NCBI GenBank assembly: GCA_964522375.1
Contig: CAZFVB010000001.1
Span: 33,041-97,040 of the forward strand
Direction of reading: 5' to 3'
Length of the DNA stretch: 64,000 bases
Source of the DNA: an uncultured Chloroflexota bacterium
Lineage (GTDB): Bacteria > Chloroflexota > UBA11872
Both the position numbers and the translations under genes were made by a program. Under the pieces are notes generated by a model, which was not told the DNA's origin, made no database searches, and worked only from the letters and a program-made list of their open reading frames with translations. Positions 47,469-59,262 of the stretch are shown here, piece after piece (position 1 is the first letter of the stretch; the number at the start of each line of letters is the position of its first letter).

Positions 47469-48378
47469 AACGGGATTCAACGAGCGTATCAATATCTTGT
47501 TTGCGAAGTTCCTTAAGGGTGGTTCGTAGCTCCTCACCAAGGTTTTCGGCAGCAGCGTTATGGTCTCGGTGTGCTCCTCCTTCAGGTTCTGGGACAACAC
47601 GATCAATCAGTCCGGCGTGTAGCAAATCAGCTGAAGTGAGTCGTAGAGCGGCTGCAGCCTTTTCAGCATATTTTGAATCTCGCCAGACGATAGCCGCTGC
47701 AGCCGCGGGCGAAGCTACGGAGTATACCGAGTGCTCTAACATTAAAATTCGGTCTCCTATTCCAAGCGCAAGGGCGCCTCCACTTCCACCTTCACCGATC
47801 ACAGTGGTGATTACTGGAACCCGTAAGCGTGCTAGGAAGCCCATGTTTTCGGCTATTGCCCATGACTGTCCACGCTCTTCATCTTCCACCGTTGGACTTG
47901 CTCCTGGTGTATCAAGAAAAGTAAACACTGGCCGGTTGAATTGTTCTGCCAAGCCAAAAAGTCGTAGTGCTTTTCTAAACCCTTCAGGCCGAGCCATCCC
48001 AAAATTCCGCTCTAAATTTTCAGCAGTGGTACGTCCCTTTTGGTGTCCAACGACAACCACACTGATGTTGTCGAATAACGCTAGGCCAGCAACCACTGAT
48101 GGATCGTCCCCGAATCGGCGATCCCCATGAAGTTCGACGAAATCAGGGAAGATGCGCTCAATGTAGTCCAACGTATGTGGACGTTCTGGATGGCGAGCCA
48201 CTTGTACTCGTTGCCATGGGGTCAGACTTGAGTAGACATCGGCGGTGCGAGCTTCAAGTTCGAGTCGAAGGACCCCGAGTTCCCGCGCTACATCTGAGCC
48301 AGGATCCTCTAAGGCTTCACGACCTAGTTGCTCAATCCGATCGCGTATCTCGTTTAAATCGTCCTCAAAATCCAGCAT
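47410..48378 (-). CDS. accA: Acetyl-CoA carboxylase carboxyltransferase subunit alpha
   Basis: Start MLDFEDDLNEI. Conserved ITTVIGEGGSGGALALG and carboxyltransferase fold. The listed ORF carries a 56-codon N-terminal extension with no homology. About 322 aa. Confidence 0.85.
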   Translation of the reverse strand: MLDFEDDLNEIRDRIEQLGREALEDPGSDVARELGVLRLELEARTADVYSSLTPWQRVQVARHPERPHTLDYIERIFPDFVELHGDRRFGDDPSVVAGLALFDNISVVVVGHQKGRTTAENLERNFGMARPEGFRKALRLFGLAEQFNRPVFTFLDTPGASPTVEDEERGQSWAIAENMGFLARLRVPVITTVIGEGGSGGALALGIGDRILMLEHSVYSVASPAAAAAIVWRDSKYAEKAAAALRLTSADLLHAGLIDRVVPEPEGGAHRDHNAAAENLGEELRTTLKELRKQDIDTLVESRYAKFREMGEFAHHDTSATG

Positions 48379-48392
48379 TTGGGTTTTTGTGC

Positions 48393-49277
48393 CTAGTTTG
48401 GTTTTGGTGCTGTTGCCGGGTGCGTTGTGGGCTTGACGTGGTGGAAGGAGGCGACTGGCGCCAAGTGGGTAATCAGTTGGGATAGCGTGTCGCGTAATTC
48501 TTGACGACCTAGGACCAGATCGAGCATTCCATGCTGTTGGACCCATTCTGAGGTGTGATCTTCAACCTCGGAACGTCGCCGGATAGTACCTTTAACAACT
48601 CTCGAACCAGCGAATCTTATTGTGGCCCCAGGTTCGCCAATAATTATGTCAGCGGTTGAAGCAAAACTTGCCGTTACACCTGCAAGTGTCGGGTCAGCCA
48701 TCACACAGATATGGGGCATATGTACATCACGAAGTCGAGCAGCTGCTGCAGTTGTTCGGGCCATTTGCATTAGGGCAAATAGGCCTTCATCTTGTCGGGC
48801 TCCACCGGAAGACGTGACTGTTACGACGGGTAGATGTTCTCGACGCGCCATCTCAAAGAGGCGCGTTATTTTTTCTCCCGTAGCGCTTCCCATGCTTCCG
48901 GCAATAAATCCAAATTCCATGACACCAAGGGCTACCCTGCGTTCGTTTAGTAATCCGGTTCCGCATACGATAGCCTCATTACGATTTGTGAGCGCCCGTG
49001 CTTTGCCGACTCGATCGACGTAGGAGCCGCTTGGCCGAACAAATTCGATGGGGTCAGCAGCTGTGATGTCGGCGTCGATCTCCACGAAGGATTTAGGGTC
49101 GTCGAGCAAAAGAGCAATACGTTCAGCCGCGTCCATTCGATCGTGGTAGTTACAAGTCGGACATACACGGAGGGCAGCTTCAAACTCAGGCCGATACTGC
49201 ATGGCCCCGCACTTGCGACATGTATTCCAGAGATCAACTGGTATGTGAGGTCGTGATTTCATACTTTTTGGCTTCAA
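48393..49277 (-). CDS. accD: Acetyl-CoA carboxylase carboxyltransferase subunit beta
   Basis: N-terminal zinc ribbon CRKCGAMQY...CPTCNYH and a carboxyltransferase domain. It lies 14 nt upstream of accA. Confidence 0.85.
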   Translation of the reverse strand: MKPKSMKSRPHIPVDLWNTCRKCGAMQYRPEFEAALRVCPTCNYHDRMDAAERIALLLDDPKSFVEIDADITAADPIEFVRPSGSYVDRVGKARALTNRNEAIVCGTGLLNERRVALGVMEFGFIAGSMGSATGEKITRLFEMARREHLPVVTVTSSGGARQDEGLFALMQMARTTAAAARLRDVHMPHICVMADPTLAGVTASFASTADIIIGEPGATIRFAGSRVVKGTIRRRSEVEDHTSEWVQQHGMLDLVLGRQELRDTLSQLITHLAPVASFHHVKPTTHPATAPKPN

Positions 49278-49501
49278 GAGCGGTTATGGATGTGCAGCCT
49301 AAGATGCCTAAAGACCGGCCTGCCCGGGTCAGGACCTGCGGAGCATATTAGCGCTCGTTAGGCCCAGGTGGGGACTAAATGTTTCGTTTTATCGGTCTTC
49401 CTTGAAGCGAAGCAAGTTTGAGATTTAATTTCGATGCTGACCATTTTTCTTTCTGGCCGGTCCGGTAAGGTGTCTACACACACGCCTGTTCCCTGGTGCT
49501 T

Positions 49502-52096
49502 TTATACGACAGGTGTTGAGACTTCGACGATTTCAGGTCGCCCCTCGATAACTTGGAGTTCGAATTCTCGTCCTTCTATTTTTGATTTGTAGAGGATGTT
49601 TGCTAGCTGGTCGTCCACGTATTTGTTTATTAGGCGCGCTACAGGCCGAGCTCCCGAATTCCTATTGATGGTCATGGTGACAATTGCATCCAATGCTTCG
49701 GACGAGATGTGCAAAAGTACGTTAAGACGTTGAGCTCGGATGGTGGCGTCTGACAAGGATCTCCGTGCGATTTCGCGAATATATTCCTCCTCAAGCGGAG
49801 CGAAAACTAATATTCGATCGAGACGGTTTACTAGAGGGCTAGACATGTGTTTAACCGCGTGCTGGCGCATTCGTTCTTCGTACAAAGCGCTTTTTCTAGC
49901 GTATTCGGACCTTTCGAGAAATCCGATGTTGGGTCCCAAGGCGTACTCAACCCCAAAGTTTGATGTCAGTACAACAATAGTGTTTCGAAAATCCACATCT
50001 CGGCCATTGGCGTCTTTCATACGGCCGTCTTCCAATATTTGAAGCAGTACATGCAACGTTTGTGGATGCGCTTTATCGATGTCGTCAAACAGGACCACAG
50101 AGAACGGATTACGTCGGACGGCTTCTCCTAGATGGCCGGCATCTTCATAACCCACATATCCGGGTGGAGATCCGATGAGCCGAGATACATTGTGCGATTC
50201 TGACATCTCAGACATGTCGACCCGGACGATGTTTTTAGTATCTCCGGTTACGAACTCTGCGAGCCCCATTGCCGTTTCCGTTTTTCCGACACCACTTTCG
50301 CCTAGGAAGAGAAATGATCCTATCGGCCTACGAAAGTCACGCATGCCGACCATGGCACGGCGAAGTGATTTTCCTAATTCCGCTAGGACTTTGTCTTGCC
50401 CAACGATACGCTTTTTAAGCTGTTCTTCGGTTGTTAAGAACCTTTCCGTTTCTCGGTGTTCAAGGGAGGTAAGAGGAACACTGGTCCAAGAGGAAAGTAT
50501 CTTGCCTATGTCCTCTGGACCAATTATCGGTTGAGAATTCTTGATTTCTTCACGCCACGCTGCCCGCTCGTCGTGGAGCTCTCTGGAAATCTTCTGCTTG
50601 GCGTGTTGGATGTTTTCTGTTGGTGTAGAAGATTTGGGTTGAAGTGGTGGATCTCGATCTGCGTTGCGTGGTTCCTTCTCGGAAATATCGGTGCTGTCAC
50701 CGATCGTGGTGTTGTCCACGTCTTGGGTTTCAGGAGGCTGATGTTTTAGTTCTCGAAGACGACGTTCGAGTTCCAGAATTCGAGTTGGAGGGGTTAAAAG
50801 TGCAACCTTTGCCATTGCGGATGCTTCATCAACAAGATCTATAGCTTTGTCGGGTAAATGCCGGGATATTAAGAACCGTTGGGATAGGTGGACGGCAGAC
50901 CTAAGGCTATCGTCAGTTATTTTTACGTTGTGATATGACTCGTAAACCGGCCTCAATGCTTGCAGGATTTCGACAGCGTCGTCAGTGTTAGGTTCGTCAA
51001 CTTCAACCGGTTGAAGGCGCCGAGTCAGGCTCTTGTCAGTAACGATTCGCTGCCGGTATTCGCGCCACGTCGTTGCTCCGATTAATTGGATTTCGCCGCG
51101 AGCAAGATGACTCTTGAACATGTTGGAGGCATCAAGAGAACCGGAAGCCCCACCTGCTCCTACCAATGTATGTACTTCATCAATAAAGAGAACAACGTCG
51201 TTTTGGGAGCGAACTTCCTTAATAAGGTTGCGGCATCGCTCCTCAAAATCTCCTCGGTATTTTGTTCCGGCAAGCATCGCCGTTAAATCAATTGAAATTA
51301 GACGGTGGTTAGCTATTTCTCGGGGAACGTTGCCGTTAGCTATTCGGTGGGCTAATCCTTCAACAACAGCAGTTTTTCCAACGCCTGCATCTCCGACCAG
51401 TATGGGATTATTTTTCCGTCGACGAAGAAGTATTTCGATAACTCGGTTGGTCTCGGAATGACGGCCAACAACAGGGTCTAGATTTTCTTCACGCGCTGCT
51501 GCCGTAAGGTCGTTTCCGAACATGGCGAGTGGGTCGCGTTTGCGTTTTCGATTCTTGCTCAGTCTGCGTCGCCGACTGCGATGGGTGCTGCGGTCAGCAG
51601 TGGGTTTTTCGGGTCGATACGCCGATTCAACTCGATGCCGAATCATGGCGATCCTACTCGTGTTGAAAAAATTAACGAGAGTTGCGTTTCGAGAGCCTTT
51701 GGTTAAGGAACTACCGTTGGCGAGTACACCGAGTAGAAGATGTTCCGTACCAATAAAGCGGACCCCCATTTTTTCTGCCGCTAGCGAAGAAGCCCGCAAG
51801 ACGTTCTTGCCCTGTGTGGATAGGGGGCGTGGTCCCGTGCTACTGCTCTCTCCAGGAGTGATGGCATCCAACAAGGATTCTTGTAAGGCATCCAGATCAA
51901 TTCGACACTCCTTCAGAACCCGTGCCCCGGCTGTCTGGGGCGATCGAAGAATTGCGATCAGAATGTGTTCGGGCGCAATTGTTGAATGTCCAAGCATTGC
52001 GGCTTCAACTTCTGCTTTCCAGAGGACCCGACGGCCTTTAGTGGTGAGGCGTTTTAGGTACTCGGGAGGTATTGATTCTTCTGGTTCAGGAGTCAC
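49502..52096 (-). CDS. clpC: ATP-dependent Clp protease ATP-binding subunit, ClpC-type (two Clp_N repeats, two AAA+ modules)
   Basis: 864 aa. Clp_N repeats (GHSTIAPEHILIAIL, IGTEHLLLGVL). Walker A in D1 GDAGVGKTAVVEGLA and in D2 GESGVGKTETAMGLA. Short middle domain. A polybasic insertion (RSRRRRLSKNRKRKRD) sits between the N-domain and D1. Confidence 0.85.
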   Translation of the reverse strand: MTPEPEESIPPEYLKRLTTKGRRVLWKAEVEAAMLGHSTIAPEHILIAILRSPQTAGARVLKECRIDLDALQESLLDAITPGESSSTGPRPLSTQGKNVLRASSLAAEKMGVRFIGTEHLLLGVLANGSSLTKGSRNATLVNFFNTSRIAMIRHRVESAYRPEKPTADRSTHRSRRRRLSKNRKRKRDPLAMFGNDLTAAAREENLDPVVGRHSETNRVIEILLRRRKNNPILVGDAGVGKTAVVEGLAHRIANGNVPREIANHRLISIDLTAMLAGTKYRGDFEERCRNLIKEVRSQNDVVLFIDEVHTLVGAGGASGSLDASNMFKSHLARGEIQLIGATTWREYRQRIVTDKSLTRRLQPVEVDEPNTDDAVEILQALRPVYESYHNVKITDDSLRSAVHLSQRFLISRHLPDKAIDLVDEASAMAKVALLTPPTRILELERRLRELKHQPPETQDVDNTTIGDSTDISEKEPRNADRDPPLQPKSSTPTENIQHAKQKISRELHDERAAWREEIKNSQPIIGPEDIGKILSSWTSVPLTSLEHRETERFLTTEEQLKKRIVGQDKVLAELGKSLRRAMVGMRDFRRPIGSFLFLGESGVGKTETAMGLAEFVTGDTKNIVRVDMSEMSESHNVSRLIGSPPGYVGYEDAGHLGEAVRRNPFSVVLFDDIDKAHPQTLHVLLQILEDGRMKDANGRDVDFRNTIVVLTSNFGVEYALGPNIGFLERSEYARKSALYEERMRQHAVKHMSSPLVNRLDRILVFAPLEEEYIREIARRSLSDATIRAQRLNVLLHISSEALDAIVTMTINRNSGARPVARLINKYVDDQLANILYKSKIEGREFELQVIEGRPEIVEVSTPVV

Positions 52097-52114
52097 AGGT
52101 GTTTATCTCGGGGA

Positions 52115-52330
52115 CTAGACACCTACCGGCAGTTGATCGACAAGGCCCTGTAAGCCTTGGCCGATGCTATCGCCAAGTGAGGTAAGAACAATAATGAGCA
52201 CCACGACAAACACGGTGGACACGAGCGCGAATCCCACCACGGTGCAGCCGCCTCCTGACGTTGTCGAGGCGCTATGGTTAATCTCTTGTTTGGGGTGTTT
52301 TGAACGTGAGGCGGACGAAGAGTGTTTCAT
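52115..52330 (-). CDS. Possible small single-TM protein (about 71 aa) immediately upstream of clpC
   Basis: The ORF from MKHSSSASR contains one strongly hydrophobic helix VVGFALVSTVFVVVLIIVLT. It ends 19 nt before the clpC start. No homology recognisable. Confidence 0.2.
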   Translation of the reverse strand: MKHSSSASRSKHPKQEINHSASTTSGGGCTVVGFALVSTVFVVVLIIVLTSLGDSIGQGLQGLVDQLPVGV

Positions 52331-52612
52331 GAATACTCTGGATAATGCCAGAAAATGTAGTTGATTACCGGTGGTGATCGATGGGTAGGATGGGATTAAA
52401 TGCTGGGATCGGTTTAAGCACAGCAATTACTTAGTTGGGCAGCCCAACAACCATGAGTGATTTGAAGTGCTGGTTCTCCTTACCATGATCGCTTCGTTGA
52501 GGGGCGGTACACGGTAAACTTAAGACTTAGTTGTCGAACCAAAAAAACCTTCGGAGAAAACGTCTCGGGTACAGCACAACTCTCACATTTTGATGCCGAC
52601 GGATCTGCACGG

Positions 52613-53074
52613 ATGGTTGATGTCACCAGCAAGTCCGAGTCGGATCGCCGCGCCGTTGCCCGTGGTCGCGTAATGGTAAACCCTTTGACGTTAACGATGG
52701 TTCGGGACCAGCTTTCGGGTACAGATACCACGTTGCGGAAAGGTGATGTGCTGGGCGTTGCGCGATTGGCCGGGATTATGGCAGCCAAGCGCACAGCCGA
52801 TCTCATTCCGTTGTGCCATCCGTTGCCAATTTCAGGTGTGCAGGTGAGCTTGTGTCCGGAAGGCGACGAATCCATTGTGATTGAGGCGAGCGTTCGAACG
52901 GTAGGTCGTACCGGTGTAGAAATGGAAGCTTTGACAGCGGTATCCGTTGCGGCATTAACGGTTTACGACATGTGTAAGTCTGTTGATCGGGACATGCGGA
53001 TTGTGGATATCCATCTTGTTGAAAAACATGGTGGATCCCATGGTGATGCTCAAGTTTCCCGGTCAGAACTCTAG
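52613..53074 (+). CDS. moaC: Cyclic pyranopterin monophosphate synthase
   Basis: Motifs [10 protein letters not shown] and [28 protein letters not shown]. The in-frame upstream peptide [11 protein letters not shown] also matches the MoaC N-terminus, but no in-frame start codon lies upstream, so the ATG at 52613 is kept. Confidence 0.8.
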   Translation: MVDVTSKSESDRRAVARGRVMVNPLTLTMVRDQLSGTDTTLRKGDVLGVARLAGIMAAKRTADLIPLCHPLPISGVQVSLCPEGDESIVIEASVRTVGRTGVEMEALTAVSVAALTVYDMCKSVDRDMRIVDIHLVEKHGGSHGDAQVSRSEL

Positions 53075-53092
53075 AGTTGAAAGGAGCCTCGG

Positions 53093-55624
53093 GTGGACGA
53101 ACATCCCGCTGAATCCGTTGATATCGAATCCATAGATATCGCGAAGGAAATGGAAACGTCGTATATCGACTATGCGATGAGCACGATAGTGTCTCGTGCT
53201 ATTCCAGATGTGCGTGATGGTCTGAAGCCCGTCCAGCGTCGCCTCCTGTACTCGATGGATGAATTGGGAGGGGGCCCAAACTCTGCCTATAAAAAATCGG
53301 CTCGTATTGTTGGGGACACGATGGGTAAATATCATCCCCACGGTGATCAGGCGCTTTATGACGCGCTTGTGCGCATGGCGCAAGATTTTTCTTTGCGTTA
53401 TTGCTTGGTTGATGGCCAGGGGAACTTCGGATCTGTGGACGGGGATCCTGCGGCGGCCATGCGGTACACCGAAACCCGTTTGACTCAGCTTTCCGCGGCA
53501 ATGCTTGACGACATTGATCGTGACACGGTTGATTTTATGGACAATTTTGACGGTAGTGCAGAGATGCCGGAAGTTTTGCCGTCTGTAATTCCTAACCTGT
53601 TGGTTAATGGGGCGACAGGCATTGCGGTTGGGATGGCTACAAGTATGCCCCCGCACAACTTGCGTGAAATTGGGAGTGCGATCGAGCAATACATTGATGA
53701 TCCCGAGGTTTCGTCGCGTGATCTGATGCGGCATGTTAAAGGGCCAGATTTTCCGACAGGCGGGATCGTTTATGACGATGGGTTAGAGCAGGCGTATACG
53801 CAGGGACGGGGACGGGTGACCGTTCTGGCCGATGTGCAAAAGGAGGAGGTCCGTGGGAATACCGACGCGTGGGTTATCCATGACCTGCCCTACATGGTTA
53901 ACAAGGCTAACTTGGTGGAACGAATCGCGACGCTAGTACGTGACAAGGTTATTGAGGACATTCGAGATATAAGGGAGGAATCAGATCGCCACGGGATGCG
54001 TGTGGTAATTGAGTTGCGTAATCGTCATGATGGGACGGCTTGGGAGGTCCTGAATAGGCTCTTCAAACATACGGCACTCCGAACGACTTTTAGCATCAAC
54101 AATCTGGCTTTAGTTCCTGATGAAACGGCTGAAGGTGAGCATGCTGGTGTAGGTCAGCCGGAGCAACTTTCTCTACGTAGACTTATTGAGCTGTTCGTGA
54201 AACACCGACAGGTCGTTGTGCGTCGTCGTGCAGCGTTCGATCTTCGGAAGGCGGAGGCTCGGGAACACCTACTTGAGGGCTACGCCATAGCGCTCGAGAA
54301 GATTGATGATGTGATTAAAGTTATTCGTGCGGCCGAAGACACTGAGTCGGCTCGGAATGAATTGATGCAGGGGTTTGGGCTCACTGAGATACAAGCGAAC
54401 GCCATTCTGGATATGCAGCTTCGCCGGCTTGTGCGTTTGGAGCGTGACCAAATCTTGGAGGAACTCAAGTCGGTTCGGGCGAATATCAAGGAATTAAAGA
54501 CCACCTTGGCTGACGAAGCTCGAATCCTGGAGATTATTCGGACCGAAACACGTGAGGTATCCGAAAAGTTCGGTGACAAACGTAAAACAGAGATTAGGAA
54601 GGGGTCGGCGGGAGACTTTAATGCAGAAGACTTGGTAGCTGACGAAGATTGTCTGGTGACGATGTCTTCGGCCGGGTATGTAAAGCGTATTCCGGCGAAC
54701 ACATATAGGCGTCAGGGTCGTGGAGGAAAAGGGATTCGTGGCTTTCGGAGTAAGACCGGGGGGATTATCGAGCATTTTCTTGTGGCGAACACGCATGACC
54801 ATTTGCTCTTTTTTACCAACAAAGGAAAGGTTTACAGGGTTCGGGCATACGAGTTGCCGGAACAAGGGCGTGACGCGCAGGGACACAATCTGATCAATCT
54901 GCTGCCAGTTGAGGAGGGTGAGAGGGCTACTGCTGTTCTTGCGATTCCGAATTTTGAGGCTGGAGACTATTTGGTGTTCGGTACCAGGCGCGGTGAAGTT
55001 AAGCGGTCAGCGTTGACGCAATTTGTCTCGGTGCGGAGCAACGGGTTGCTGGCCATGGATGTTGATGATGACGACGAGTTGGCTTGGGTTCGACTTGTGA
55101 CTGATGAGACGCATGTGATGTTCTTTACACGCGACGGAATGTCGATTCGCTTCAAGCTTGACGACATTCGGGCTAGTGGTCGGACGAGTGGAGGAGTGAG
55201 GGCGATTCGCGTTGGAGACAACGATGAGGTCGTAGCGATGGATTTAACCTCGGACGAAGGCTTTGTCTTGTTGGTAACCGAGAGTGGTTATGGCAAAAAA
55301 ATGGATGTGAACGAATTTCGACCACAGGGTCGTGGCGGTCATGGTTTGAAGGCCATCAATTTGGGCGAAAAGAACAAAAAGGTTGCAGATGCTCGGACGT
55401 TATTGAGTAAAGATGAGGAGATCGCTTTTGTTACGTCGGATGGCCAGGTAATGAGGTGTGGATGTGCTGCGATTCGTCCGCTCAAGAGGGCTGCTGCAGG
55501 TGTGATTGTGATGCGAATGGATGCTGGTGAAATGTTACTTCGGGTGGCTCGTTTGGCAGATGGTCGGGAAGGCGACAGTGATGCTGGAAAGACTGCGGTA
55601 GCTGAGTCAGGTTCGGAGGCCTGA
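53093..55624 (+). CDS. gyrA: DNA gyrase subunit A
   Basis: 843 aa. Active-site region around [23 protein letters not shown]. GyrA-box [10 protein letters not shown] in the C-terminal beta-pinwheel. Acidic tail. GTG start with SD AAAGGAG 5 nt upstream. Confidence 0.9.
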   Translation: MDEHPAESVDIESIDIAKEMETSYIDYAMSTIVSRAIPDVRDGLKPVQRRLLYSMDELGGGPNSAYKKSARIVGDTMGKYHPHGDQALYDALVRMAQDFSLRYCLVDGQGNFGSVDGDPAAAMRYTETRLTQLSAAMLDDIDRDTVDFMDNFDGSAEMPEVLPSVIPNLLVNGATGIAVGMATSMPPHNLREIGSAIEQYIDDPEVSSRDLMRHVKGPDFPTGGIVYDDGLEQAYTQGRGRVTVLADVQKEEVRGNTDAWVIHDLPYMVNKANLVERIATLVRDKVIEDIRDIREESDRHGMRVVIELRNRHDGTAWEVLNRLFKHTALRTTFSINNLALVPDETAEGEHAGVGQPEQLSLRRLIELFVKHRQVVVRRRAAFDLRKAEAREHLLEGYAIALEKIDDVIKVIRAAEDTESARNELMQGFGLTEIQANAILDMQLRRLVRLERDQILEELKSVRANIKELKTTLADEARILEIIRTETREVSEKFGDKRKTEIRKGSAGDFNAEDLVADEDCLVTMSSAGYVKRIPANTYRRQGRGGKGIRGFRSKTGGIIEHFLVANTHDHLLFFTNKGKVYRVRAYELPEQGRDAQGHNLINLLPVEEGERATAVLAIPNFEAGDYLVFGTRRGEVKRSALTQFVSVRSNGLLAMDVDDDDELAWVRLVTDETHVMFFTRDGMSIRFKLDDIRASGRTSGGVRAIRVGDNDEVVAMDLTSDEGFVLLVTESGYGKKMDVNEFRPQGRGGHGLKAINLGEKNKKVADARTLLSKDEEIAFVTSDGQVMRCGCAAIRPLKRAAAGVIVMRMDAGEMLLRVARLADGREGDSDAGKTAVAESGSEA

Positions 55625-55688
55625 TCTATCGATACGGGCCTTCTTGTTAGGGCTCAGACGAAAACCTGACAATTCCTGATTCAATCGG

Positions 55689-57674
55689 TTAGACCGGATT
55701 TGCTGCAGCACTCTGTTCTCTTTTTAGGTAAACAAGTAGCGCGGCAATGTCCGATGGAGTGACCCCTTCCAGTCTCCCTGCTTGGCCTACGGTCGTTGGT
55801 TGAAAACGTTGTAGCCGTTCTCGGGCTTCAGTGCGCATTGCTTGAAAAGTTTCAAAGCGAAGATCGGTTGGGATCACATGGTTTTCCATAGCAGCTGCGT
55901 TTCTGACCTGTGCTTCTTGCTGACGGACATATCCCGCGTACTTAATTTCGAACTCGATGTGCGACGCTGCAGAGGGTGAAGGCGGGGTGGTTCCTGAGAG
56001 GCTCGCTATGAGTTCACATGTCACGCCAGGACGGCCCAGCAGATTTACGGCTGGCACGGCTTGCCGTAAGGGGGATACGTTCGCCGCGGTTAGCTGGTCG
56101 GCTACGGCTTGGGTTGGTTGTATCTGGAGATTCCCCAGCCATGTAAGAGCCTCCGTAACATCTTTCTGGCGCTCCTTAAGTTGCCGCACTCTACGATCTG
56201 ACGCGAGACCTAGTTTGTGGCCTAGCTCTGTTAAGCGAAGATCTGCACTGTCATGGCGTAAAAGCAGTCGATATTCAGCTCTAGAGGTGTGAAGACGATA
56301 TGGTTCGGTCAGGTCGCTTGTTATGAGGTCATCGATCATCACACCTATATAAGCTTGGGATCTCTCAAGTTCCAGAGCGCTTTCGTTGCATGCATGCCGG
56401 GCGGCGTTGATGCCTGCGACAATTCCTTGGGCAGCGGCTTCTTCGTACCCGGTTGTTCCGTTGATTTGACCGGCAAGGAACAAGTTTCTTGCCGTACGCA
56501 CTTCCAATGAACGGCGGAGCTGACATGGATGGACGAAGTCATACTCGACGGCATAACCGGGTTTGAGGATTTCAGCGTCTTCTAGGCCTGGAATAGATTG
56601 AATCATCTGGGCTTGTACGTCTTCCGGAAGACTGGTGTTAGCGCCTTGGACGTATACCTCGCGTGTCCTAAACCCTTCTGGCTCCAAAAAAAGTCCATGT
56701 GAGTCTTTGGATGCAAATCGCACAACTTTGTCTTCAATTGATGGACAGTACCGGGGCCCTGAGGATTTTATAGAGCCGTTATGAATAGGTGCTCGATGCA
56801 AGTTTGATCTTATGATCTCGTGAGTAACGGGTGTTGTATGGACTTGGTAACAGGCCATTTGGACTCGCCAGTCCGTTGGGTAGATGTTGGGATATACGGG
56901 ATCCGGTATGCCCGTGTGCCATTCGGTAGGCGATGGTGGATCAAAGCTAAACCAAAGAGGATCTGGGCTGCCCTGCTGTACGCGGGTTTTCGAAAAGTTG
57001 ATGGTATCTGCTGCAATTCTGGGAGGGGTGCCTGTCTTTAGCCGGCCAAGTTCGAGGCCGTATTTTTTGAGATCGTTGGAAAGTGTTGTAGCTGGTTGCT
57101 CTCCTCTACGGCCACCATGGGATTCATCGTCACCGATGATCACACGACCTTTTAGGAAGGTTCCGGTAGTGATTACTGTCGCGCGAGCATGAAAGTCCAG
57201 ACCTTCTCGGGTGCGAATACCACCTACTTGCCAGCGGCGGGTTCCTCGAGATGAATCAAATTGTTCCCAAAGAAGGCTGTCGACATGAGCCTCTAGAAGT
57301 TCTAGGCCGGGCTGTAACTTGAGGGCATCCGTCATCATCAAGCTGTATGCGTGCTTGTCGCACTGAGCTCTTAACGCACGTACTGCGGGACCCTTGCCCG
57401 TATTTAGCTCGCGGATCTGGATCTGCGTACGGTCCGTGTTACGTCCCATCTCTCCGCCAAGAGCGTCGATTTCACGGACCAGGTTGCCCTTTGCCGGGCC
57501 TCCGATGGATGGATTACACGGCATCTGTGCGATGGTGGAAAGACTGGTTGTAACCAGCAGTGTTCGGCGACCGATACGGGCGGAAGCTAAACCGGCCTCG
57601 CATCCCGCATGACCGGCGCCGACTACTATGACGTCCCAGATTGGAGAAGTTCTTGGGGTTCGGGTGTTTTTCAT
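55689..57674 (-). CDS. mnmG: tRNA uridine-5-carboxymethylaminomethyl(34) synthesis enzyme MnmG (GidA)
   Basis: 661 aa. FAD motif [15 protein letters not shown] and the conserved MnmG core and C-terminal helical domain. Confidence 0.9.
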   Translation of the reverse strand: MKNTRTPRTSPIWDVIVVGAGHAGCEAGLASARIGRRTLLVTTSLSTIAQMPCNPSIGGPAKGNLVREIDALGGEMGRNTDRTQIQIRELNTGKGPAVRALRAQCDKHAYSLMMTDALKLQPGLELLEAHVDSLLWEQFDSSRGTRRWQVGGIRTREGLDFHARATVITTGTFLKGRVIIGDDESHGGRRGEQPATTLSNDLKKYGLELGRLKTGTPPRIAADTINFSKTRVQQGSPDPLWFSFDPPSPTEWHTGIPDPVYPNIYPTDWRVQMACYQVHTTPVTHEIIRSNLHRAPIHNGSIKSSGPRYCPSIEDKVVRFASKDSHGLFLEPEGFRTREVYVQGANTSLPEDVQAQMIQSIPGLEDAEILKPGYAVEYDFVHPCQLRRSLEVRTARNLFLAGQINGTTGYEEAAAQGIVAGINAARHACNESALELERSQAYIGVMIDDLITSDLTEPYRLHTSRAEYRLLLRHDSADLRLTELGHKLGLASDRRVRQLKERQKDVTEALTWLGNLQIQPTQAVADQLTAANVSPLRQAVPAVNLLGRPGVTCELIASLSGTTPPSPSAASHIEFEIKYAGYVRQQEAQVRNAAAMENHVIPTDLRFETFQAMRTEARERLQRFQPTTVGQAGRLEGVTPSDIAALLVYLKREQSAAANPV

Positions 57675-57808
57675 GCCCTTATCTTCACACGATGGTTGTA
57701 ATAGGTGGATCTATGGATCTGAACATACGGTCTTCACCTAGATATACTCTCTGTGTTGCGGCTCTCGTCAATAGAATTTCCGCTGAGTTGTTCTAGAACC
57801 TAATTACC

Positions 57809-58537
57809 GTGCACGAAGCCGACCCGACTACTCAGTTAATTGACGCTTTTGTCGTTCCTACGACTAAAGGTGCTGCAGTGTTTGTTGATACTCGTTACTG
57901 CGACCTGGACGCTGAAGCGGGGCCATTTCAGCTAGCAATTTACAGTCCGATGTCTCTATCAAGAGGTGAAGAGGCTGTCATCAGATCTCGCGTTGAAGGT
58001 GATCTTTTTTTCAACGCTGTACAAAATTGTCAACTTGGAAACCGTTGGTTTTTGGAGCTTTGTGTGGGGATCGTGGGCTTCGGAATCTTCGCGTTGTTGG
58101 TTGCATTCCTGACGATTAACTATGTAGCGATGTTTGCGGCTCTGTTTTGGGCACTACCGCTGGGTTTTGGACCTCCAGTTGTCAAGACATTGCGATCGCT
58201 TCGGTTCAGACGGGTCGGCAAGCGAGCACGAAGCGCTCTGGCGTGTGGAGAATTCCTTCCGGAATCTGTTGTAGGACGTGACGGCGATGCTCTGGCCCGT
58301 CTTCGCGAGCTATGGAGCGTTGTGGAGTGGAAAGATCAGTATGTTGATTTAATGTGTTTGGAACACGCGGCTCGTTTTCGTGCACGGTGGCCGGCAGCTG
58401 TTTTGTTTTATCGCAAGCTGGCCCGTCTCTCTCTTGAGCATAATCAAGCTTCCTTTCCACGAAGGCTGATGTTTAAGGCTAGCCGGTGGATAGAGCCCGA
58501 GGCTACGCCTAGGCTTATTGCGACTCGTTCACGATGA
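57809..58537 (+). CDS. Hypothetical membrane protein A (242 aa, soluble N-domain, TM hairpin, basic C-domain)
   Basis: Predicted helices FLELCVGIVGFGIFALLVAFLTI and YVAMFAALFWALPLGFGPPVV. Arg-rich C-terminal domain. It is first of four coupled genes. Its stop overlaps the next start (ATGA). Confidence 0.4.
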   Translation: MHEADPTTQLIDAFVVPTTKGAAVFVDTRYCDLDAEAGPFQLAIYSPMSLSRGEEAVIRSRVEGDLFFNAVQNCQLGNRWFLELCVGIVGFGIFALLVAFLTINYVAMFAALFWALPLGFGPPVVKTLRSLRFRRVGKRARSALACGEFLPESVVGRDGDALARLRELWSVVEWKDQYVDLMCLEHAARFRARWPAAVLFYRKLARLSLEHNQASFPRRLMFKASRWIEPEATPRLIATRSR

Positions 58538-59262
58538 TGAACTTGTTGTGCTGGGCTGTGCCAACCCGAGAAGGGTACGTTCTTCGGGCTGATCATTCGG
58601 TTGCTTCCCTGTTCAGTTCTGCCCCTTCTCGCAACCCTCAGTTTTGGGGGTGGAACATTACTGTCGCTCAGCCGAAGGACCAAATGTTTTCTGCGCCCTT
58701 GGCTCGTCGGGCGGCGCTTCTTGCAGTTGATCATTTGCGTCATGCCAGCGACTTCCAAACTTTTCAGGCGGACGAAAACCAAAAAAGAGTCTGGTGGAGC
58801 GAGCGAGGTCTAGGTTTCGTACTTATTCTTGTATCGGGAGGGCACTGGGTTCCAGCTTTGGCTGGAATCTGGTTGTTGGTAGGGCGGCGGTGGCTGCGCC
58901 GGCTTATAGGACTTGATGCAGGAATTTACTCGCTCCCTTTTTCTCCTACCCAAGAGACGCGGGTTTCTTCAGATATGCATGCCGGTCTAGCCAAGGTTAG
59001 TCTGGCTATCGATGGCATTGACGATGCTTTGGTGGCGTATGCGGCAGCAGCTTCATATGCCCGAGCTGAGGGTCTCGACCAGGTAGCCGAGGTCTATGAC
59101 CTGCTTGTCAGAGGTGTGCACCCTGCGCAGTTGCCTCCTGATCTCGGGTTCTGGGTCGGAAATGAGATAGTTCATGATGTTTTAAGGCCTGCTTTGCCAT
59201 CACCACATGATGAGCAGGATTCTAGTAGTAGTGATGACAGCGAGGAGAGTAAAACTCGGTGA
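58534..59262 (+). CDS. Hypothetical membrane protein B (242 aa, same length and architecture as A, acidic Ser/Asp tail)
   Basis: Helix GLGFVLILVSGGHWVPALAGIWLLVG followed by RRWLRRL. C-terminus DEQDSSSSDDSEESKTR. It overlaps both neighbours by 4 nt. Confidence 0.4.
   Translation: MMNLLCWAVPTREGYVLRADHSVASLFSSAPSRNPQFWGWNITVAQPKDQMFSAPLARRAALLAVDHLRHASDFQTFQADENQKRVWWSERGLGFVLILVSGGHWVPALAGIWLLVGRRWLRRLIGLDAGIYSLPFSPTQETRVSSDMHAGLAKVSLAIDGIDDALVAYAAAASYARAEGLDQVAEVYDLLVRGVHPAQLPPDLGFWVGNEIVHDVLRPALPSPHDEQDSSSSDDSEESKTR

Noticed and set aside
57675-57808. Possible oriC in the divergent mnmG/operon spacer
   Set aside because: The only DnaA-box-like 9-mers are TTATCTTCA (7 of 9) and GGTGGATCT (6 of 9). 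The spacer is just 134 bp with no AT-rich unwinding element, and no dnaA or dnaN is nearby.
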